Position numbers and translations under genes: made by a program | Assembly (NCBI GenBank): GCA_049276535.1 | Contig: JBASWP010000001.1 | Coordinates: 168,241-232,240, forward strand | Length of the DNA stretch: 64,000 nt | Direction of reading: 5' to 3' | Source: Candidatus Microsaccharimonas sp. | GTDB taxonomy: Bacteria; Patescibacteriota; Saccharimonadia; Saccharimonadales; Saccharimonadaceae | Shown: one piece after another, positions 58,430 through 64,000 of the stretch | How positions within the stretch are numbered: position 1 is the first letter of the stretch | Layout of the letters: each line of letters starts with the position of its first letter | The notes under the pieces: generated by a model | Told to the model about the DNA's origin: nothing | The model's database searches: none | Seen by the model: the letters and a program-made list of their open reading frames with translations, nothing else

Positions 58430-58503
58430 TGGAGGCACGTACGGGAGTCGCACCCGTCTACGCGGTTTTGCAGACCGCTGCGTAACTGCTCCGCCAACGC
58501 GCC
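58430..58503 (-). tRNA. tRNA-Cys (anticodon GCA), T-loop non-canonical
   Basis: Reverse complement 'GGCGCGTTGGCGGAGCAGTTACGCAGCGGTCTGCAAAACCGCGTAGACGGGTGCGACTCCCGTACGTGCCTCCA'. It has a U73 discriminator, anticodon loop ctGCAaa, and acceptor/anticodon/T stems that pair, but T-loop TGCGACT instead of TTCGACT. Confidence 0.6.
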
Positions 58504-58572
58504 ATCTGGGGCTATTATAACAGAAGTAAGTTTGCAATCGTCATCGATTTCCATCTGCTATACTCAATTAAT

Positions 58573-59280
58573 ATGAGTTATAAACGAATATTATTGAAAC
58601 TTTCCGGTGAACAGTTAGCCGGTGAAGGTGGCTCGGGCATTGATCCTGTCTTTGTCGGGTGGCTAGCCGGTGAAATTAAAAAGGTAACAGAAACAGGAAT
58701 CCAAGTAGTCATTGTCGTGGGCGGAGGCAACTTCCTGCGTGGTGCGACCTTTGCAGGACATGGCATCGATCGTGCAACCGCTGATTATATGGGGATGCTC
58801 GCCACTGTCATGAACGGTCTGGCGTTAAAGGACATGCTTGAGTTTAACGGACAGCCAAGCCGTCTACAGACCAATCTACACATGAATCAGGTTGCTGAAC
58901 AATTCATCCGTCTGCGAGCTACCCGACACTTAGAAAAGGGACGCGTCGTGATCGTTGCAGGTGGACTGGGTAAACCATATCTCACGACCGATACAACATC
59001 AGCATCCGTAGCGCTGGAATTAAACTGTGACGTCATACTAAAGGCTACCAAAGTCGATGGTATCTACGACAAAGACCCTTTCGAAAATGTCGATGCCGTA
59101 AAGTTTGACGCCGTTACCTTCCAAGAAGCAGTTGAAAACGAGAACATCGTGGTTATGGACAAAGCCGCTCTGGGTCTAGCGATGGAACAGAATATGCCAG
59201 TTATCGTTTTCGAACTCGCCAAGGACGGCAATATTCTTCGTGCAGCACAAGGCGAGCCTATAGGAACAAAGGTTTCCTAG
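58573..59280 (+). CDS. pyrH: UMP kinase
   Basis: 'ILLKLSGEQLAGEGGSGID' ... 'VVIVVGGGNFLRG' amino-acid-kinase-fold signature. Confidence 0.9.
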   Translation: MSYKRILLKLSGEQLAGEGGSGIDPVFVGWLAGEIKKVTETGIQVVIVVGGGNFLRGATFAGHGIDRATADYMGMLATVMNGLALKDMLEFNGQPSRLQTNLHMNQVAEQFIRLRATRHLEKGRVVIVAGGLGKPYLTTDTTSASVALELNCDVILKATKVDGIYDKDPFENVDAVKFDAVTFQEAVENENIVVMDKAALGLAMEQNMPVIVFELAKDGNILRAAQGEPIGTKVS

Positions 59281-59292
59281 TTAGACAACACC

Positions 59293-60585
59293 GTGCGACA
59301 ATTTTATAACGTTCTTATAAACACCCTCATTGCAAACGTTACGACTAGCTTTTTGTGGTTCGCCCTTACGTTCTGGGTATACCTCGAGACACGATCAGTC
59401 ATGGCGACGGCAATTATTGGTGGGTCATACATGCTCTTCGTGGCCGTTTTCGGCATGATCTTTGGTTCAATCGTTGACCATAACCGTAAAAAGCGTGTCA
59501 TGTTGGCGTCGAGCGCCATTACCCTTGGCGCATACTTACTGGCTGGGCTTCTCTTTGTTATTTTTCCAAAGAGCGCCCTGATCGACTGGGGTTCACTCGC
59601 CTTTTGGCTATTCGGTGGAATCATTCTACTAGGTGGCGTAGTTGAAAATATGCGCAATATCGCACTTTCGACGACAGTTACATTACTAGTCGACAAAGAG
59701 AATCATGCCAAAGCCAATGGCCTGGTCGGTGCAGTCCAAGGCATCGCCTTTCTTGTGACGTCAGTATTTAGTGGTCTATCGATAGGATTCCTAGGAATGG
59801 GATGGACGTTGGCAATTGCGATCACCCTTACCGCGGTCGCACTCATTCACTTGTTATTCGTGCCTATTCCCGAAGAAAAGATTATTCATGATCCAGCCCT
59901 TGGTAAAAAAATCGACATAAAAGGCAGTATTGCGGCGATCAAATCAGTGCCGGGCCTCTTCTCATTAATCTTATTCTCGACCTTCAATAACTTAATCGGT
60001 GGTGTCTTCATGGCACTGATGGACCCGTATGGTTTGACTTTGTTCTCGGTTCAAATCTGGGGGCTAATCCTTGGTATCGCTAGTACTGGGTTTATTGTCG
60101 GTGGCGCGATTATAGCGAAAAAAGGCCTAGGCAAGAATCCGTTAAAGACGTTGCTTTGGGTCAACGTCGCCATCGGAATCTTGGGCATGACCTTTACCCT
60201 GCGTGAGTTCTGGTGGCTGTATGCTGTCGGTATATTTATCTTTATGTGTCTGATCCCTGCTGCAGAAGCCGCGGAACAAACTATTATTCAGCGCGTCGTT
60301 CCCTTTAAACGCCAAGGACGCGTCTTTGGGTTTGCACAGAGCATCGAATCAGCATCGATGCCAATCACCGCATTCCTTATCGGCCCTATCGCCCAATTCG
60401 GTATTATTCCATACATGAATAGCGATGCCGGCAAAGCACAGCTGGGCTGGTTACTGGGTAGCGGCGAAGCTCGTGGTATCGCGTTGATTTTCTTGATCAC
60501 TGGCGCAATCGCAATTATATTCGCCTCACTCGCATTCGGCTCGAAAGCGTACCGAAAGCTAAGCGAACACTACAAAAAAGCCTAG
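59293..60585 (+). CDS. MFS transporter
   Basis: 430 aa with about twelve TM helices and 'GSIVDHNRKKRVM' between TM2 and TM3 (MFS motif A-like). Confidence 0.75.
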   Translation: MRQFYNVLINTLIANVTTSFLWFALTFWVYLETRSVMATAIIGGSYMLFVAVFGMIFGSIVDHNRKKRVMLASSAITLGAYLLAGLLFVIFPKSALIDWGSLAFWLFGGIILLGGVVENMRNIALSTTVTLLVDKENHAKANGLVGAVQGIAFLVTSVFSGLSIGFLGMGWTLAIAITLTAVALIHLLFVPIPEEKIIHDPALGKKIDIKGSIAAIKSVPGLFSLILFSTFNNLIGGVFMALMDPYGLTLFSVQIWGLILGIASTGFIVGGAIIAKKGLGKNPLKTLLWVNVAIGILGMTFTLREFWWLYAVGIFIFMCLIPAAEAAEQTIIQRVVPFKRQGRVFGFAQSIESASMPITAFLIGPIAQFGIIPYMNSDAGKAQLGWLLGSGEARGIALIFLITGAIAIIFASLAFGSKAYRKLSEHYKKA

Positions 60586-63306
60586 CTATATAGCATTGAT
60601 TATTGCTTCGGATACTCTGTCTCTCGTCGCTTCAGATAGTTTCTTGTTGTATCGAAGCGTCTCGGGATTTCGTTTAATTACATCGATATTCCCTCGATCG
60701 AGTAATTGGTTCGTAAATGCATCAAGGTCAATCGTACCGTCACGGAATTTCTTAATATTTTTAACAATAATGTTTGGATTGTTTTCTTCCATGGCCTTTT
60801 CAAACAATTGGCGATGATCAACCAGTTTTCCAAAGTATTCCAGATTATCGATGACTATATGTGTTACGCCTTTTTCGACCAATCTAGCTGCAACGTATTT
60901 CAGAACAGGGTCGGGTAGTTCAAATTCAGGAATTGATTTCGCGAAATCCATCAGGTCTCTCACATTTGTTGTTGCTCGTTCAATAATTTCTACTTGCGTG
61001 TCAAAATCGAAGTAACGCATCGTCTTTTTCGAAATACTACTTGCTCCATTTGGAAGCATCGATAATAGCGTTTCGGTATCAAGGTGCTCGCTGAAAATTT
61101 TGGCATGCTTTTCGAATATTCTTAATCGGTTATACTGATCCATTCCAGCAATCTTTTTAGCAAGGTCGTTAAAATCAATATCTTCCGGGGAGAATGTATC
61201 TAGATTCTCAGTAATAAACGATATGTCTTCGGTCTCAAGCAATTGTTTCTTTAGACCAGCCATGTCGATGCCATCTTCACCAACTTTCTTCGCAAGGTCA
61301 AAGACCGTTCTATATTCATTGTGTTCCAGTAGTATCTGCACAATTGACGATTTGTCCATGTGTCTAACTAGCTTGTCGTAGTAAAGGCTCGTAAAATAGC
61401 CCACCTCACTACTTCTCTCTTCAAAGTATCTGTCCATAACACGACGGACATCAACAGTACCAGGCTTTAGCTGGTCCAGTGCATTGATCAACGACGAGGT
61501 ATGTACTTTAGGATCCTCTATCAACGACTCGAACACTGCTTTGTCATCGAGTTCGATTGGGAACGTATCACGGTTTTGTAGCGCAAATAATGGATCTTTC
61601 TTAGTGATGTCTCGCGCAACTTCGCTGATATTTACATATTGACCGGTAACTTCCCTCTTCGTGTAGGTCCAAACCGGATCATCTTGAGCAAACTTGCGTA
61701 CTACCCGTTGCACAGTGTCATCACTTGTATTCTTTGAAAAATATTCGATGTGATCACGAATAACCGACTCGTGATCATGGTGATACAGCAAGTCAGCGAC
61801 TTCAGTCGCATCCATGTGGGTAAATATCGTGTGTTTTCCCGCTTCGAGAATTTGCGAAATACTGTATGACGATTGCTCTGCGAATACCATACTTTTTATT
61901 ACCGGTGTAAAGTCCGCATCGCGAAATGCGGTGATTCGTTCTTCTATCATGTCAAATCTGTCATTTTCAGCTAATTTCATGAGGAATGTCGCACTGCCGT
62001 ACGCTTCAATCATCCTATTAAAGTCTTGGTCTTCGTTCCGGCCCTCGAGTAATTCTTCAACTCTGGGATCACCATCCCAGCCGAATCCTTCGATATCACC
62101 GTATCGCAGGAAGTATATTTCGTCGTAGGTCAATCTACCACCAGCTTTCACGCGCTCGTCGATTTCAGTTACCCGTTTCATATCTTCAGCATTCTTTAGG
62201 TATCGATCACCTCCAGGTAGTTCGGCTAATTTCGCTAGGGCAATATCAAGCATTTCTGGTTCTAGATTCTGAGACTCTTTGATGCCTCGTACCTCAGCCA
62301 CTTCTCCGTCTTCCATACGAATTGCAATACGCGGCGTAGTATCATCACCATCGTGGTCTTTTGTGTAGTAGACGTAGAAATCACCCTGCGAGAGTTGCAT
62401 TGCTGCTGTGCTATAGCCGGCCGTACACCAGCCCGTGCCGTGCCCCTGAAGTGATTCGGCTAGTTCTCGCGCTGTCTCGTCGTCGACAGTATCACCTGCT
62501 AAATATTCCCCGTCTTCAAAGTCATCAAAGGATGGGCTGTACTTACCTTCTATTCGGCCGTATTTCTTCCACGAGCCCTGCGTATCTTTCAGCGCTTCAA
62601 TGTCACTCGGCATAACTTCTATCAAAGCATTTGCATACAGCTTAGCAAAGTTCCCACTCTGCAGTTCCACGGCCAGATCTTGGCTAGACACACCTTTTTC
62701 TTTCAAGTGCTTGATTAGTGAATCGGCCACGTGTGCGAGCGCCTCTGGATTAAGGTCCACGAACGGAGCGACTGTGTTTGTACTTCGTCTACTAAAACTG
62801 TGTGTTTCTTTATTGAACGTACCTAGTTTCAACATGTTTTCAAAGGCATACTTCTTAAACCAATTCGGGTATGCATTGGCGTTTGTTGGGTCGGTTAAGT
62901 AATTTGCCCACCTCTCCAGGCTGTGGCGTTGATCTTGTTGAACCGCTTCAATCATTTGCGATCGCATCTCGCCAGTAATAGTGATTTCACCGCGGCCCTG
63001 CTCACGCGCGATTCTTCGCTGTAGATCAAAGTACGATACAGGAACTTCCGATGCACGAATAACCAAACCGTCCAATTGACGATCCATACTATCGCTATCA
63101 CCCGTCAACAGTCCATCATTTACGTACTCTGGGTGGGCTAGAAATGTAATGTATGAACCGATTTTAGCGACTGGTTCGTTTGGAATCTTCTCACCGTTTG
63201 ACTTAAGGTAACCGACAACATGATTCACTTCATCAGAGTGATGCAATTTAGGGTCCCTACTATGAAGGAACTTTGACCCTGCTTGTTCGGTTTGTTCGGT
63301 TGCCAT
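60586..63306 (-). CDS. Large hypothetical protein (906 aa)
   Basis: Long ORF in the background composition. No motif recognised. Mostly alpha-helical, acidic character. Confidence 0.4.
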   Translation of the reverse strand: MATEQTEQAGSKFLHSRDPKLHHSDEVNHVVGYLKSNGEKIPNEPVAKIGSYITFLAHPEYVNDGLLTGDSDSMDRQLDGLVIRASEVPVSYFDLQRRIAREQGRGEITITGEMRSQMIEAVQQDQRHSLERWANYLTDPTNANAYPNWFKKYAFENMLKLGTFNKETHSFSRRSTNTVAPFVDLNPEALAHVADSLIKHLKEKGVSSQDLAVELQSGNFAKLYANALIEVMPSDIEALKDTQGSWKKYGRIEGKYSPSFDDFEDGEYLAGDTVDDETARELAESLQGHGTGWCTAGYSTAAMQLSQGDFYVYYTKDHDGDDTTPRIAIRMEDGEVAEVRGIKESQNLEPEMLDIALAKLAELPGGDRYLKNAEDMKRVTEIDERVKAGGRLTYDEIYFLRYGDIEGFGWDGDPRVEELLEGRNEDQDFNRMIEAYGSATFLMKLAENDRFDMIEERITAFRDADFTPVIKSMVFAEQSSYSISQILEAGKHTIFTHMDATEVADLLYHHDHESVIRDHIEYFSKNTSDDTVQRVVRKFAQDDPVWTYTKREVTGQYVNISEVARDITKKDPLFALQNRDTFPIELDDKAVFESLIEDPKVHTSSLINALDQLKPGTVDVRRVMDRYFEERSSEVGYFTSLYYDKLVRHMDKSSIVQILLEHNEYRTVFDLAKKVGEDGIDMAGLKKQLLETEDISFITENLDTFSPEDIDFNDLAKKIAGMDQYNRLRIFEKHAKIFSEHLDTETLLSMLPNGASSISKKTMRYFDFDTQVEIIERATTNVRDLMDFAKSIPEFELPDPVLKYVAARLVEKGVTHIVIDNLEYFGKLVDHRQLFEKAMEENNPNIIVKNIKKFRDGTIDLDAFTNQLLDRGNIDVIKRNPETLRYNKKLSEATRDRVSEAIINAI

Positions 63307-63368
63307 GATATGTTTTTGTTGAGTGTTTTCTAACCATAATCATAGCAATTTACACATGATTAGTCGAG

Positions 63369-63956
63369 CTATGAGCGACTAGCGGTCACAAATGCACGAA
63401 CAAGAATTGCAGCACCGATGGCTAGCGGTGCAATCGCACCGGTTATCGAAACAAACAAGAGCGTCAACACGCCAAGGAATAACAAAATTCCACCGAATAT
63501 AAATAATGCGGTGGCACTCTTTTTGGCGCTTTTGTTAATGACCGTTCCTATCTGACTCTGCGTGATTGGCTGCGCAGGAGCTGGGACGCCCGGTACGACT
63601 GCAGGTGGCATACCAGGGACTGCTGTTGTCGGAACACCTGGCTGAACTGACGCCACGGGCGCGGTCAAGATTGGCATGTTTGATCCTGCCTTGAAATGAT
63701 CGATTGCTTCAAAGAACGTATTCAGGCTACTTACCGTTGCGACCAGACCAGCGACTTGTGGCATCCCCCCGATAGTCCCAACCGGATGCGCCGCACTGGG
63801 ATCGGCAGTGAAATAAAACTTCTCGCCGTTAATTATCACATCGAAGGTATTCGCAAGTAACAGGCCTTTCTTTTTATAGGTCAGATTAGCCGCGGTTGTC
63901 CGCATTGTTTCCTGTCCCATCTCGTTATAATTGACGATCGAGCCGTCAGTGAACAA
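63369..63956 (-). CDS. Hypothetical protein with Pro-rich linker and C-terminal TM anchor
   Basis: 195-aa ORF with 'PGVPTTAVPGMPPAVVPGVPAPAQP' then a C-terminal TM helix. Confidence 0.35.
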   Translation of the reverse strand: MFTDGSIVNYNEMGQETMRTTAANLTYKKKGLLLANTFDVIINGEKFYFTADPSAAHPVGTIGGMPQVAGLVATVSSLNTFFEAIDHFKAGSNMPILTAPVASVQPGVPTTAVPGMPPAVVPGVPAPAQPITQSQIGTVINKSAKKSATALFIFGGILLFLGVLTLLFVSITGAIAPLAIGAAILVRAFVTASRS

Positions 63957-64000
63957 AACAAAAAAAGATATCTTTGTTGTAATATTATTTGCGAATAGTT

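Overview
This 64 kb window reads as a low-to-moderate GC bacterial chromosome. By eye the background is about 40-50 % GC, with compact operons on both strands.

The native gene content is housekeeping and envelope functions:
- leuS, ligA, pyrH, rnc, nusB, rpmF, and an rpsP - KH-domain - trmD operon;
- htpX, lemA, dapA, ccdA plus a thioredoxin-like protein;
- NAD genes nadD, nadE, an NrtR-like regulator and pncB;
- an RRM protein, an ABC exporter, an MFS transporter, an OmpR/histidine-kinase pair;
- a type-IV-pilin-like protein carrying an RCC1 repeat domain;
- four tRNAs (Gln, Ala, Leu, Cys).

This content resembles a reduced-genome, Patescibacteria/Saccharibacteria-like organism; that placement is inference.

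The most striking feature is compositional. Five sharply bounded GC-rich islands (roughly 60-65 % by eye) sit at about 14.1-17.2 kb, 20.5-25.5 kb, 30.9-34.8 kb, 41.4-41.9 kb and 42.5-42.9 kb. Each is preceded by an AT-rich segment with a near-consensus sigma70 promoter and most end in a clean intrinsic terminator. What the islands carry:
- 14.1-17.2 kb: three uncharacterised, mostly membrane-anchored proteins.
- 20.5-25.5 kb: a four-gene minus-strand operon of PP2C phosphatase, atypical Ser/Thr kinase with Zn-ribbon, isochorismatase-like hydrolase and vWA (MIDAS) protein. This is a TerY-P-triad-like conflict/signalling cassette.
- 30.9-34.8 kb: a flotillin/SPFH protein plus two unknowns.
- 41.4-41.9 kb and 42.5-42.9 kb: two tiny antisense ORFs wedged into the rpsP-KH-trmD operon.

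I interpret these as horizontally acquired cassettes, possibly from a high-GC actinobacterial host, or as engineered insertions. They are the best candidates for an undescribed system.

Other notable items:
- LeuS carries an inserted, perfectly conserved Nudix box.
- An OLD-family (ATPase + Toprim) defence-type nuclease lies next to tRNA-Gln, with an 18-nt duplicate of the tRNA 3' end nearby.
- A large P-loop protein ends in a divergent Fic/Doc-like motif (HFFADGCGKSAK).
- NAD salvage/regulation genes are clustered.
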